A stretch of 64,000 bases of DNA, taken from NCBI RefSeq assembly GCF_009914755.1, contig NC_060940.1, one strand, 5' to 3'. Positions 1-17,751 of this stretch are shown here, piece after piece (the first letter of the stretch is position 1; each line of letters begins with the position of its first letter). The position numbers and the translations under genes were made by a program. Under the pieces are notes generated by a model. It worked only from the letters and a program-made list of their open reading frames with translations. It ran no database searches and was not told where the DNA came from. The stretch is from the human T2T-CHM13v2.0 reference genome, Homo sapiens.

Positions 1-123
1 ATATCACCTTGAAGTATAGAATTTCTCTGGGGAATTAGCTCCCCTCCAGTCTCATCTTTTTAGACACTTGCCTACCTGCTCTCACACCCAGAGGTTTTAC
101 ACTGCGCTGTACAGTGTCTATCA

Positions 124-1063
<940 letters not shown>

Positions 1064-1635
1064 GGTAATTTCACATAAGAACCTGGACTTCTCAGTCTCT
1101 TGATAAACAGGGTGCTTTGGGCCCTCAGCACTTTCTTGTCACGTAGCTCTGGTCCTCTAGCACTGAACAGTGGCCACCCCCTTGACCTGGGACATGTGCT
1201 GATGACCCCTTCTGGCTGGTGTTACCTGTCATCTGGTGCTCACTTCTTCCATTGATCATATTGGCCTCCTTTGCAGGCATCTGAGATTTCAATGCCAGCC
1301 CGAGACACTTGGGGAGGTTGGCCATCTCTGGAGTACACCGTCTTCTTTCGCACCTCGCTGCCTTGCCTGTGCTGTGTTCCCTGCCAGCTGTGCCCTTCTT
1401 TCAAGTCACTTCCACACTGTAAATTGCAGTGACCAGCACCACCTGCAGAATTAGCTACTCCCCCATGGCAGGACCCCATAGCTAGTCAGGCATTGTGTTG
1501 TATCACAGGGACGAGCTCTATGCTTTTCTCCCTCTTTGAGGGTAGAGACTCACTTCTTTCCTTTGTATGCCCAGCACCTGGCACAAGGACTGGCACAGGC
1601 AGATCCCATGAGTGTTTGCTGGGTTGACACTGTAA

Positions 1636-2081
<446 letters not shown>

Positions 2082-2443
2082 GTCCTTTTTCTCTAGTGGA
2101 CACATATGGTTTCCCCAGACAACCCAGTCCTCATACTATTCCCGCTCCTAGCTTCCTTTCCTGTTCCCCGCAGCTGCTTCCTCTGCTCTCCCATTAGCAT
2201 TCCTGTCCTGGCCCAATTTCGTTTCCTAGTGAAGTCACTTTCTCTCCCAGCTCCCACTTCACTTCAGAGCCCACTGCTACCTTGACCACCCTTAGCAGTG
2301 GACCCTCTGATTTAACATGTCCTTTGGGGAGAGGAAAGTTATGGGTAAACGTAGCGCCTGGCAGGAAGTCAGAGCGCTACAGATATCTGGTTACCTGCAG
2401 GGCCCACCACATTTTTCTAAACTCTAAGTGAACCTGCAATGCA

Positions 2444-2474
2444 GTGTGTGGTGTGTGTGTATGTGTGTGTGTGT
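2444..2474. repeat. (TG)n microsatellite, imperfect
   Basis: gtgtgtggtgtgtgtgtatgtgtgtgtgtgt. Confidence 0.85.
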
Positions 2475-2725
2475 TTTCCCTGTAACGAGTCCCAAACTAT
2501 TTAGAAACATTTCATGAACTCTCTAATGTCACAAAAGTTAGAGTTGGAAGGAACTTGACAGATGTCGCCTAGGGTCTCATTTTGGGGACTCTGAAGTATC
2601 TTAGAACCGTGAAGTTCCCTTGCAGGGGTCACACATTTAGAGGCCTGCAGGGGCCAGGTAATGTAAATGACTGTCCTGGCCAGAGTTTATTTCATTATGC
2701 TGCTTGTGTCAGTTTCCAACACCTA

Positions 2726-3080
<355 letters not shown>

Positions 3081-3759
3081 TGGTGATAATAATAATAGGA
3101 CCTTCCCATAAGGCTGCTAGGAGAATCAAATGAATTCATCCATCTAAAACCCTTAGAACAGGGCCTGGTGCTTGGTAGACTCTCAGTACAAATTAGCTAT
3201 GTGGAGAAGGAACACATCTCTTTCCTTAGGATTCTGGGAGATCTCATGAGCTACTTCCAACGTTTCTCAAGGCAGATTGGCAGATCATTTTTGGGAGGTG
3301 CAGATACTCAGAAGACACTTTAATTAGGTTACACATACATACCCATGCACGTTTTCACAAGTGCAAAGTCTTCACTCATACACTATGGGGAACTGGAATG
3401 GCTGGATGAGACTTGGTTGGAGTGCCAGAGTGGGAATGGGTTTAGGAGCTTGTCTGATGGATACAGAGATAGACTGAAATATATTTCAGCCTGGGAAGCG
3501 TGTTGTCACATAAGCCGCTGATTAGATTACAGAAGTGTAGCATTTACTTATCTTTACTATTTCAAATGGAAAAAAAATCAATATTTTCCAATTATCTTCA
3601 ATGGGGTATTAAACTGACTTTGTCATATTTCGTTTCACCATCCCAGAAAGAGCAGGGGGAAGGGATCAGGAAAGCACATTGCAAGAGCAGATGACATCTC
3701 TACTGCAGAACACGGTCATGCCTTCTGTCCCTTTCAGCATTGTCTATTCAGAAATTCGG

Positions 3760-4641
3760 TCATTTACTCGTTCATCCATTTCAGAAATTTCTACTGATGC
3801 ACACTCCATTCTAGGCACTATTCCAGGTGTGGAGAATTCACTGATAAGCCAGATAGCAGCCTCTGGTTTCATGGGGCTTATTTTTAGTTGGGGAGACAGA
3901 CTACAAACATATTAATAAGAAAATGTCAGTAAGTGCCATGCAGAAGGTTAAGACGGAGGACTGAGGGCTGGGTCCCTCTGGAGAGGTGGGTGGTTTTAAG
4001 CTGAAATCTCATTGCTAAGAAGGATCCCTCATAAGACCAAGGGCATGAGTGCTCTTGGCCCAGAGGAGAGAGCTAAGGCCCTGAGGCAGGAAGGAGTCTT
4101 GGGTCTACGGAGCAGAAGAGGGATGTGGGACTAGGTGCAGTGGTGCACGCCTGTGGTCCCATCTGTGCAGGAGTCCACTTGGGTGTATCGCTTGAGCCTG
4201 GGAGGTCGAGGCTGCAGTGAGCTGTGATCACACCACTGCAGTCCAGCCTGGGCAATAGAGCAAGGTTCCTTCTCTAAATACAAAGAAGAAAGACTGCAGG
4301 GAAGAGGGCTGCAGGGAAGAGGGAGGAGAGGTCCAAAATATCCCGTGGGCCAGGCCATGCAGAGCCTGGTCAGAATGAGGCTTGGATTCTTTTCTGCATG
4401 CACAGGGAAACATTAGAAGTTCAGGCAGGCAAGTGGTAGGGTCTGGTTTTTATATGGCTGCCATAGGAAAATCCAGGCAAGAGTGGAGGCAGGGATACCT
4501 ACTAGGTGGCTGTTGAAAAAGTTGGTCACATGCAGTGGCTCATGCCTCTAATCCCAGCACGTTGGGAAGCTGAGATGGGTAGAATTGCTTGAACCCAGGA
4601 GTTCGAGACCAGCTAGGCAACATAGTGAGACCTCATCTCTA

Positions 4642-4675
<34 letters not shown>

Positions 4676-4930
4676 GCTGGCCATGATGGCACATACCTGT
4701 GTCCTAGCTACTTAGGAGGCTGAGGCAGGAGGATCACTTGAGCCCAGTAGGTCGAGACTGCAGTGAGCCATGATCATGCCCACTGCACTCCAGCCTGGGC
4801 AACAGAGCAAGACCCTGTCTGGAAAAAAGAAAAAAGAAAAAGCCCAGGGGGAGTTGACGGGGCCTGGCTTGGAGAGCGGGATGATAGGAATGAGCAGGTT
4901 CCAGATCTATTTGGAAGCCCAAGTTCAGTT
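3760..4930 (-). mobile_element. L2 fragments, interrupted by an Alu monomer (4130-4290, +) and AluJ (4525-4840, +)
   Basis: L2 3'-end signature (catttactcgttcatccatt...ctaggcacta) and degenerate L2 body; Alu consensus segments. Confidence 0.65.
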
Positions 4931-5503
4931 GAACTGGCTGAGATCCATGAATAGTCAGCAGTTTATGGGAACTAATAACTGCTAAGTACCTACTGTATGC
5001 AGGGCACTGTTCTGAGAGTTTTACATGTAGTGCCTTAACCCTGACAATAGACTTAAATGGAGTCAGGACTAATAGGACTCCCAAATGGGTAATGAGTAGC
5101 TAAGAGAGACGGGCTGACCCAGAGCCTCCCCTCTCAGCCGCCACACAGCATTGTCCCCAGGCTCTTACCTAATTATGAAGCTCCCAGAAGAACACATGGC
5201 TAAGCATTTCTAAACCAAGCAAATGCGCGTTAACGGTGTGCAGGTTATAAATAAGCATTTCTGTATGCCAGCTGCTGTTTGGGTTTGGAAAGGAAAAGAA
5301 GATCTTAGCATGACTTGTTTATCCCAGGTAATTTGGCAGTAAACTGGGCCCCAGAAGTCAAGTTACACAGAAAATGCAAAGGAAAAGTGACAGGGGTATC
5401 ATATCAGGCTTTCCAAAAAGGAAGGTAACTTAAAGGCCCACATCAGCCTGGAGGCACACGTGGGGAATGAAGGGAAGGGGTGTTGCAGAGCCGGTGTCTG
5501 CCT

Positions 5504-5504
5504 G

Positions 5505-5536
<32 letters not shown>

Positions 5537-5821
5537 TTTTTTGACGGAGTTTCACTCTTCTTGCCCAAGTTGGAGTAATGGCGCAATCTCAGCTCACTGC
5601 AACCTCCGTCTACTGGGTTCAAGCGATTCTCCTGCCTCAGCCTCCATAGTAGCTGGGATTAAAGGCATGCGCCACCACACCCGGCTAATTTTTTGTATTT
5701 TTGGTAGAGACAGGGTTTCACCATGTTAGCCAAGCTGGTCTCAACTTCTGACCTCAGGTGTTCCGCCTGCCTCGGCCTCCCAAAGTGCTGGGATTATAGG
5801 TGTGAGCCACCACGCCCGGCC
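5504..5821 (-). mobile_element. AluSp/Sq-like element with a (GCTT)n tail-derived microsatellite
   Basis: gcttgcttgctt... then ttttgacggagtttcactcttcttgccc...cacgcccggcc. Confidence 0.9.
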
Positions 5822-5922
5822 CTACCTGGCTTTCAAACAGTCCTGCTCTTTGTCTAATAGATTTCTGTTGTTTTAGTGGGATGTCCTTAAAGAAGTCCCC
5901 TCAAAACGGGTCCATGGCATCA

Positions 5923-6630
<708 letters not shown>

Positions 6631-6780
6631 CTAGAGGCCTGATTTTTTTAGCCTGTACAGAGCCTTAAAATTTTTTAAATTATTAATCATTTAAAAATTA
6701 GAAGACTGGATTTATCACTTCTCTGGAAAATCTAATCCATCAAAACCAGGCCCACCTTTCTGTATGGAAACCAGCAGCTG

Positions 6781-6890
6781 TTTTTTTTTTTTTTTTTTAA
6801 GAGATGGAGTCTTGCTTTGTTGCCCAAGAGCTGCTCCCACCTTAACCTCCCAAAGTGATAGGATTACAGGCATGAGCCACTGTGCCCCTC
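6781..6890 (-). mobile_element. FLAM/partial Alu within a MER102-like fragment
   Basis: Poly-T, agagatggagtcttgct...ggattacaggcatgagccactgtgcc; TSD-like cagctgtt on both sides. Confidence 0.75.
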
Positions 6891-7007
6891 CTGGGCAGCT
6901 GTTCTTAGGACACCTTGTCCCCATCCTGCCACCTTCCTCTGTTTACCTCACTCCAACACATGCGTATCTTTGCAAACACTATAGGTAGAAGCCAGAATCA
7001 AGGTTCA

Positions 7008-7544
<537 letters not shown>

Positions 7545-8104
7545 CTATCACCCGGGGAAGAAGCTGACAATGGCAGGTGCTCAGAAAGCACTGGAGAAAC
7601 TGACTCCCTTTGAAATCAGATCGTCAGACAACCCATCTGCACCTTCCTTTATCTTTTTTTTTCTTTTTCTTTTTCCTTTCTCATCTTCTCTAGCCATTTC
7701 ATAAAAACTTTGCCCTCAAATAAATGAGCAGGTCACCAATAGCCTATTGGCTTCACTAAGGAACTGTTGGTTCAATTTCCAGAAACCGTATTTTGTCATC
7801 GTTTCATTCTTATCTCTCACACATTACTGATTGATCTCTTAAAAGAAGTCAGTTTGTCCTCCAAAAATATTGTGTTCTCTTTCCAGCAAGATTTGGGGTC
7901 CTGAGGTTCACGGAGGCTCCTCCATCTCCCTCTGACAGACCACCTGCCCCATCTTAGGTCTTGGATGGGAGAGTCTTTAGCATTTCTCATTATGTTATGT
8001 TTTTTACACATTTAAATCAGCCTTTGGACATTGCATATTTTAAGTTTGTTTTAGCTTTTTGAATAGGAAATAGATCCAAATAGATCATTCAAAAATAAAA
8101 ATAA

Positions 8105-8735
<631 letters not shown>

Positions 8736-8789
8736 AATAGGAAAATAAAAATAAAAACAATATTAAAAAACATACCTTAAGAGTCCTTC

Positions 8790-9180
8790 ACATGCCTCTC
8801 TGGGTAGTTCTTTATGCAAATAGAACCAATATGAGTATATATTTTGATTTTCCCTTTTTCTTAGAGAAAAGGTTACATGCAACATATACTTTCTGGTCTT
8901 GATTTTTTTTTCCACCTAAAATATGACCATCTTTTAAGGATATATAAGGAGTAGAATATGAGAAGCTTGCTCATTCTTTCAGCTTTACAGTGTTCAATTA
9001 CATTGTGCGGATTCATCATATTTGTTCAGTGACTTATTATTTCTGATATTTGCTATTACAAATCATGATACAGCAAATACCTTGAGCATATGTTTGTTTC
9101 CTATTTGTGGACAGATGTCTTCACGGCTGATTCCTAGTAGTGATATTGCTAGCTCAAAGGAAAAATGCATTTGTGCTTTT
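8790..9180 (-). mobile_element. Old L1M fragment
   Basis: AT-rich L1M-like text (tttgctattacaaat...ttcctagtagtgatattgctagctcaaagg). Confidence 0.55.
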
Positions 9181-9232
9181 GAGGGATTACAGGTGTGAGC
9201 AACCGGGCCTTGCCCCGGGAATAAGAAATAAG

Positions 9233-9521
9233 TTTTTTTTTTTGAGACCAAGTCTCGCTCTGTCGCCAGGCTGGAGTAGTGGTGCAATCTCGGCTCTGTG
9301 CAACCTCCGCTTCCTGGGTTCAAGTGATTCTCCTGCCTCAGCCTCCCGAGTAGCTAAGACTACAGGCACATGCCATCACGCCCAGCTAATTTTTGTATTT
9401 TTAGTAGAAACAGAGTTTCACCCTGTTGGCCAGGATGGTCTCAATCTCTTGACCTCGTGATCTGCCCGCCCGGGCCTCCCAAAGTGCTGGGATTACAGGT
9501 GTGAGCCACCGCACCCGGCCG
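9233..9521 (-). mobile_element. AluSc-like
   Basis: caggatggtctcaatctcttgacctcgtgatc; TSD gaaataagtt. Confidence 0.88.
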
Positions 9522-10649
9522 GAAATAAGTTCTTAATCCAAAACTCTTGTGATGGGGAGGCCCTTACACTGGATTTCTTTACCTGCAGATTTCTACTGAG
9601 TTCCTTTTATTCTCCAAAACCTGACCTTTCATGCCAAGACTGAGCATTTTACCAGACTCGATGGGAGTGAGGGTCTAATGTCAGTGCTGGGCTCTTACCT
9701 CCACCCCCACCACTCCCCTCCCACCTGAAGAGGATAAATAGAGGGAGTGATTACAATATGAATAGTTTAATTAGGAATATCATGAAATTATATTCTGCAT
9801 ATATATTTTTATCATGTACTATATACATTTCCATATGCATCAAATATGCATGCATATTAGTCTACAGCAGTGGATTTAAAAAGCTATGTCCTGTAGACTG
9901 TACTTTACGGGTTGTTTAAGACTCTTTATCAAGGGTAATTTTGGCACTGATTTTCCCTTTGCCTGATGACTTCAGAAACTAACATCCAAGAAGATGCGAC
10001 TCCCCTCTAAATGGTAGCGAAGAAGATTATCTTCATCTAGAGCAAAGTGTCAGAATGTGCTAACCATTGAAAACGAATCCTATGTGCAGATAAAACCTTG
10101 CTGAAATCATAAGTGGGAGAATAGTATTGTAGTTACAAAATTCAATGCGGTCACTTCTTTTTTTTTCTTTTCCCCAGACAGACATCTGTTCTATAAAGTG
10201 AAGTATATTGGCCTTATTTATTGCTTCATAGCTGAAGCAGGCAGGTCACCCTGCAAAATTCAGAGGAACACCCCCTTAATTTTGCAAGTGGCATATATTG
10301 ATATTAATGTCACCTTTTTCCACTTCCTTCTTTGAGTTGTTGTGAGAATAAATGAGATATAGGTAGGAAAATGCTCAGAGAAGCTAAGTGCGGTAGACAG
10401 GCACAGTGTAATCTGGTTACAGCACTTCCATCCTTGACAGGCAGGAGCTGTCTTCGCATCGAGCTAATCTGGAGGAGAGAGAAAGGCTCAGTGGTGTGAG
10501 GACTGGGCCAACCAGTCTTCTAGGGCGTTTAGATAATAAATGCTCTTAATTGAGTGAATTATCTTCGTTGGAAAATAAGCAAATTATTTTCCGATTTAAT
10601 GAATTAAAAAGCTTCTAATTAACTCCAGTAGAAAGATTTGCTTTTATGT

Positions 10650-10805
10650 TTTATTTTATTTTATTCTTTTTGTTTTGTTTGTTTTTATAGAGACAAGGTC
10701 TTGCTATGTTACCTAGGCTGGTCTTGAACTCCTGGCCTCCAGTGATCCTCTTGCCTTGGCCTCCCAAAGTGCTGAGATTACAGACGTGAGCCACTACATC
10801 TGTCC
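10650..10805 (-). mobile_element. FLAM_C monomer
   Basis: Left-monomer-only Alu with T-rich tail. Confidence 0.8.
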
Positions 10806-10849
10806 TACTTTCACATTTTAGTAGTTAAGCTCTATGTTCTTTGCATTAA

Positions 10850-11770
<921 letters not shown>

Positions 11771-11784
11771 TTAATATTTTGGTT

Positions 11785-12090
11785 TTTGTTTGTTTGTTTG
11801 TTTGTTTTGAGACAGAGTCTCACTCCTTTACCCAGGCTGGAGTCCAGTGGTGCGATCTCGGCTCACTGCAACTTCTGCCTCCGAGGTTCAGGTGAATCTT
11901 GTGCCTCTGCCTCTTGAGTAGCTGGAATTACAAGCATGTGCCACCATGCCCGGCTAATTTTTGTATTTTTAGTAGACATGGGGTTTCACCATGTTGACCA
12001 GGCTGGTCTTGAAGTCCTGACCTCAGGTGATCCACCCGCTTCGACCTCCCTAAGTGTTAGAATTACAGGCATGAGCCACCACGACTGGCC
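11785..12090 (-). mobile_element. AluSx-like
   Basis: (TTTG)n tail and full dimer; TSD ac(g/a)ttaat(a/g)tttt. Confidence 0.9.
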
Positions 12091-12745
12091 ACATTAATGT
12101 TTTGTTTTTATTGTCCACCTTAATTTTTTAAACTGTTCTTTATTAGTATAACATAATTTTAGAGATGAAAAGCAACCATAAAGATGATTCAGCCTAACTC
12201 TTAAAGAAAAAAAAAAAAAACTATGGCCCATAGAGACCTAATGACTTATCCAAGGTCCCATAGCTGTCACTTGTCCCTCAGGACCAGATCCCCAGGAGGC
12301 TGTGTGGCCAGCAAAGCAAGGGCCTCAGTCAGGCGCTGGGATCTGCCGTGCTCACCCTGGAGGAGCTCTGCTCCCTCCTGCTGCCTGCTCTTGCCCTGGG
12401 CCCTGTGGGGCCCTGCAGGGCCCTGCTGGCATCTCACTGGCCTCTGCACTACTCCTGCTGCCAGGACACCCCAGTCTGTCAGTGGCCCAGACCCCAACCC
12501 GCTTTGTGCCTAGCAGCTCAGGGACAGTCCCTTCGCTCTGCATGATGAGGCCTGACTACCTGGCATGTCATTTTCCCTGGCCAGCCTTAGGGCTCACTCG
12601 GAATCCTTAGACTGACAGCCAGAGCCGTGTGGTCAAGGGTTTCTGGGAGCTGCTCATTCTAGCTCCTATCCCAGAGCAGCAAGCCTCAGGAGGTCCTGAT
12701 AAAATTGGCCTAACAATCAAATCTCTTGATCCCTAAATCCTGGGG

Positions 12746-12777
12746 GTGTGTGTGTGTGTGTGTATGTGTGTGTGTGT
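12746..12777. repeat. (TG)n microsatellite
   Basis: Direct reading. Confidence 0.9.
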
Positions 12778-12889
12778 TTAACTAATAAACTGGTTTTTAG
12801 AGCGTTCAGCAAAATTGAGCAGAAATTACAGAGAGCTCCCATATACCCCTGTCCCCACATACATCTCCCCAACTATCAACACCCCACAC

Positions 12890-13020
12890 TGGGCTGGGTG
12901 TGGTGGTTTATGCCTGTAATCCCAGCACTTTGGGAGGCCAAGTGGGGTGGATCACATGAGCCCAGGAAATTGAGACCAGCCTGGGCAACATGGCAAAACG
13001 CCCATCTCTATAAAAAAAAT
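12890..13020 (+). mobile_element. FLAM/Alu left monomer
   Basis: ggctgggtgtggtggtttatgcctgtaatcccagc...A tail. Confidence 0.8.
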
Positions 13021-13115
13021 TTTTTTTTTTTAAAGAACACCCTGTATTACAGTGGTACATTATGCTGGTCTCTTTTTCATCCTTAAATCCTAGGTTCTTT
13101 GTCTTAAGGCAAAAA

Positions 13116-13120
<5 letters not shown>

Positions 13121-13165
<45 letters not shown>
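13121..13165. repeat. Perfect (AC)~22 microsatellite
   Basis: Direct reading. Confidence 0.95.
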
Positions 13166-13167
<2 letters not shown>

Positions 13168-14666
13168 GAAGACAAAGGCAGGCATGTAGCCAGTTTCAGA
13201 TTAGTTCATTCTATCCGGGAATCCTGGCCTCTGTTAGTCTACCCCAAGGCTTGTGGCTGGTAGTAACTCAGCATGACAGCTCACACACGGAGATAGCCCT
13301 GCCCTGTGTCTCCCTCTTCTCTGTCTCTCAGAACCAATTCCAAATTCCTGGGACTGGGATTCTGATTGGCTGCAGTTGGGTCAGAGGTCCATCCATAGCA
13401 CAGCATACTGAGGTTCAGGGCGTGGGATTATGTATAATCATGGCTGCCCAGAGGCCCCACTGGGTGGACAGAGGGGAGAGGAAGAGAGAGGAGGGCAGTT
13501 TAGGGTATCATTATGAGCTGACCAGATAAACCAAAAGATGTCTTCTCCCATACCATGATACTGTATGATCCATGCCCTCCTGTAAATTCTCCAGTGGCCT
13601 CATTTCGAAATCCTTTTACACATTGGCCTTAGAGTCTGGCCGTGGCCAGCGGTTCTTCCTAGGCCTTGGCTCTTCCCTTTATTCACACTTTCTTGGCAAA
13701 AGCATCATCCCTTGAGCTTTATCACCAGCTGTGACCCCTCCCCTACCCCTCACTCACGTGCAGACTTGCTAGAAGTGACCATGTCCAAAGACGTGTCTTT
13801 TCTCTGAGACTCAGTCCCCGTTGCTTTCCTCTTGCTAAGCTGTCACTAAGCATTTTTTGCTTCTGTCTTCTGAGTGCTCTTACCTAAGGGGACACTGGTT
13901 GTGGCATTTTCACAAATAGCCACTGGGGAGTAAAGTTGGGCAGTTTAGGAGATACATTGACAATAATGCAGTGACTCTTGTTTTATATTTTCAAACCAAA
14001 GCAATCCATTAATTTTGCATCAAGGCATTCCTTTATAATGGACACTTCCATAAAAGTTGTGAAAACTGCATTCGAAACAGCATATTTAAACATTATGATG
14101 TCACTCTGTTGAATTTATGCACACCTTCAAATGTTAGTCTTCTAGCTCCCCCAGAAAAGCAGTAATTCTCTCTGAAATTGCCTATTATATGAAATGCAGG
14201 TGATTACCACTAATTCACATCTGCACTGTCACCTATGTGGTGGATTTGGGGGTTTGGTGCAGCACGTTGGTATGCTCTCATCAAAGGGTATGTGTGTGTG
14301 CACAGAGGAAGGCATTCTTGTGGAAGGCATTTTATGTAATTCCAAACAATTTAATAAAAATGTAATTCAAAGGGGAAAACTACAGTCCCTCAGCCCTTTC
14401 AGAGTACAGATAATGTTCCAGATTAAAGGCTGGAGCTTTGTTCATTATAGTCAAATAATGTAAGTGTGTGAATTACCATTTTCCTTGCCGTTGGTCTATT
14501 TCAAAAGTGTGCCATTTTCCCATTATAATAATAGGCTGCATTTTCTTAAAATCATTTGATTATGATTGGTCCCATCTATTCAGTTTGCAAATAAAAATCT
14601 TTTGTGTTGATAAACTAGCTGTTCTAAAACAGCCTTAATCTTGGTTCTGCTTTTGAACTGCGACAG

Positions 14667-14722
14667 GTCAGACTCTGCGAAAGGCCGAGAGAAGCTGGTC
14701 CTGCTCACGAGAGAAAAAGGAG
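14667..14722 (+). CDS. KATNIP: KATNIP (KIAA0556) coding exon 2, 56 nt, encodes (G)QTLRKAERSWSCSREKKE
   Basis: Acceptor ...ttttgaactgcgacAG at 14665-14666, donor GAG|GTaaat at 14723. Open frame GT CAG ACT CTG CGA...AAG GAG ends in phase 0 and joins exon 3 in frame. Peptide matches the KATNIP N-terminus as recalled (MDGQTLRKAERSWSCSREKKE). Confidence 0.93.
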
Positions 14723-14887
14723 GTAAATGTGTCCCTGGCGAGGGCTGATGGGAGGCAACTCTATTTGAAAGGACCTGAGGGAGCAGGGTGGCGAATAAGT
14801 GTCCCTAAATATACTCTTTTCTCTTGGGGTCCCAAGCTTGAATCCTGGAGCAAATGATAGTGAGCAACTAGACTTACCAACCCAGTG

Positions 14888-14929
14888 TCACTTGTAATAA
14901 TCACTTGTAATAATCACTTGTAATAATCA
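14888..14929. repeat. 13-bp tandem repeat (TCACTTGTAATAA)x3
   Basis: Three exact copies plus TCA. Confidence 0.95.
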
Positions 14930-14937
14930 TCTCTGAG

Positions 14938-15746
<809 letters not shown>

Positions 15747-17270
15747 CTTCCCCCCTCCCCGCCTCTGAGCCCACCTACTCTGTGCCAGGCACCAGGGGGA
15801 CCAGGACTAGAGGTTAAGTGAAACACAGTCCTTGATCTCAGAGTATGCACTGTCTAGTTGGAAGAGAGCTACAGTACAATAGTTACAATACAGTGTGAGA
15901 AGTGCTATCACAGAAGGACAGAGAAAGTGAGATTTTAATACAGAAACCAGTCACCTGACTCTTCCAGCAATATCAAGAAAGCCTTTGCAGAAAAGGTGAT
16001 GTGCAGGCTACTTCTTGAAGGATGACTAGGAGTTTTCCAGGCCAAGGAATCAGTACAGTCAAAGTCAGAGAGACATGAATAAGGAAGGTTGCAAGATCAT
16101 GGTGCCTAAAGCAAGTGGGAAGTGGTAGCAAGGAGCCATAGGTTACTCCAGGGCCCTTTGATCATGTCCCAGGCTTATGAGAATATAAAATTGAGTCTTA
16201 TTTAGTGGAGGTGGGACAGGAGTGCAGGGGAGATAAATTGTGTGGCTCATCAGAAACACTGACCAATCGAGAAATTCATCCAGACATATCTACCAACACT
16301 TTTGATTGTAAAGTGTCATCATTCCTATAATGAAAGGGCATTTGTCAGGCTCAGCTGGGTCCAGGGCCTCAAAAATGGCAAGAAGACCTGGTCTTTCTCC
16401 TTCCATCTCTGGGCTGTCCCGGCCAGCTCTGAGGAGTAAGCTGGGGCTGAACTGCACTCAGCGTCGTGTGAGTTACATGACCTTCACCTTCTCCTGTTGT
16501 TTCCTTCATCAGCTGTAACCAGAACAGCCAGTTTGCGTTTTCTTTTTCTTTCAATCAGCCCATCTAGGATGAGGGCTGGACGAAGCCTTAGGAACTTCGC
16601 TGCTGCTGAAAAGATCTAAGTGTCGCCCAAGTGGGCAGTCTAGGGGCAAAGCCAGGGTGGATTTTCCCACTCCTTCTGGTAAGGAATCTTTCTCTGGAGG
16701 CAGAAGCAAGTGCCTGTCTTCCCACAGCATCCTTCCAGAGACCCTGAGGTAGAGGAGCAGGGATGGAAGTGAGCCCAGACCTGCAGGCCGCCCTCAGTTA
16801 ACTGACCTGGGGTGAAGACCAGCCTGCAAGCCAGGAAAGAAACCTGAAACCCACCCCTGGCCTTTGGTCACAGAATAGCAGCATCCTATTTCTCCACATT
16901 AAGAAATTAACTGGGAAACCATGGAGCGGGGCGGGGGAAACTAGTTGAGATACTCTTCCCTTCTCTCTCTGTCTCTCTCTAGCTACGGGACTCCCCTAAT
17001 TGCTGCTTTCCCAGCCACTCCCATTGTGCCCATCGCCCGAGAGCATTTCAGATCATTTCTCTCCTGGGAAGTGCTTGTAGTGAGAAACAGAGAGTGAAGC
17101 TGTTTATCACAATACCCAGGCTTAACCTGGAAAGATATTTCACTTGGTTTCAGGCCTTTTGAAAAAAGGAGAGTGCTAACTCTCTTAACAGAGCTTTTGT
17201 TCGGTTAGAAAAACAAAACAAAAAACCAACCCCAAACAATTATTTTAAAAATAAATAATTAAATAAATAA

Positions 17271-17445
17271 AGGCTTGGCGAAGTGGCTCCTGCCTATAAT
17301 CCCAGCACTTTAGAAGGCCAAGGTGGGTGGATTACTTGAGCCCAGGAGTTCAAGACCAGCCTGGGCAACGTGGTAAAATCCCACCTCTACTAAAAAACAA
17401 TTATTAAAAACAAAAAAACAAACAAAACAAAACAAAAAAAAACAG
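17271..17445 (+). mobile_element. FLAM_C monomer
   Basis: Left monomer with long A-rich tail. Confidence 0.8.
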
Positions 17446-17657
17446 CAAGCTGCCAGGACTCTCGTCTGACAGATTATAACATGCCTTTTCCACCCACCTC
17501 TTCTTTCTGCATCCTATGCCCTCTCTCCTGACTTCCCAACCCTCTGTGCCTTACCCAGGATGCCAGGTATAGATCAAACTATGTCACCATGAAAGGCAAG
17601 GAGAAGACCAGCTGTCTCTTTCTCAGAGCTGGTTAGAACAAATGTTGTATTTCTCAA

Positions 17658-17751
17658 GGTGGTAAGGTGGTGTGGCCAGTGCACTCCCTGGAGGGTGAAC
17701 ACGTGGTGGTGAGGTGGTGTGGCCAGTGCACTCCCTGGAGAGTGAACACGT
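17658..17751. repeat. 47-bp tandem duplication (2 copies, 2 mismatches)
   Basis: ggtggt(a/g)aggtggtgtggccagtgcactccctggag(g/a)gtgaacacgt x2. Confidence 0.95.

Noticed and set aside
10153-10177. Strong orphan acceptors at 10176-10177 and 56698-56699
   Set aside because: No convincing donor at exon-like distance.
14632-14640. gccttaat as a U12 branch point for intron 1
   Set aside because: Imperfect match, ~27 nt from the AG (far for U12), and the intron 1 donor is not in the window.
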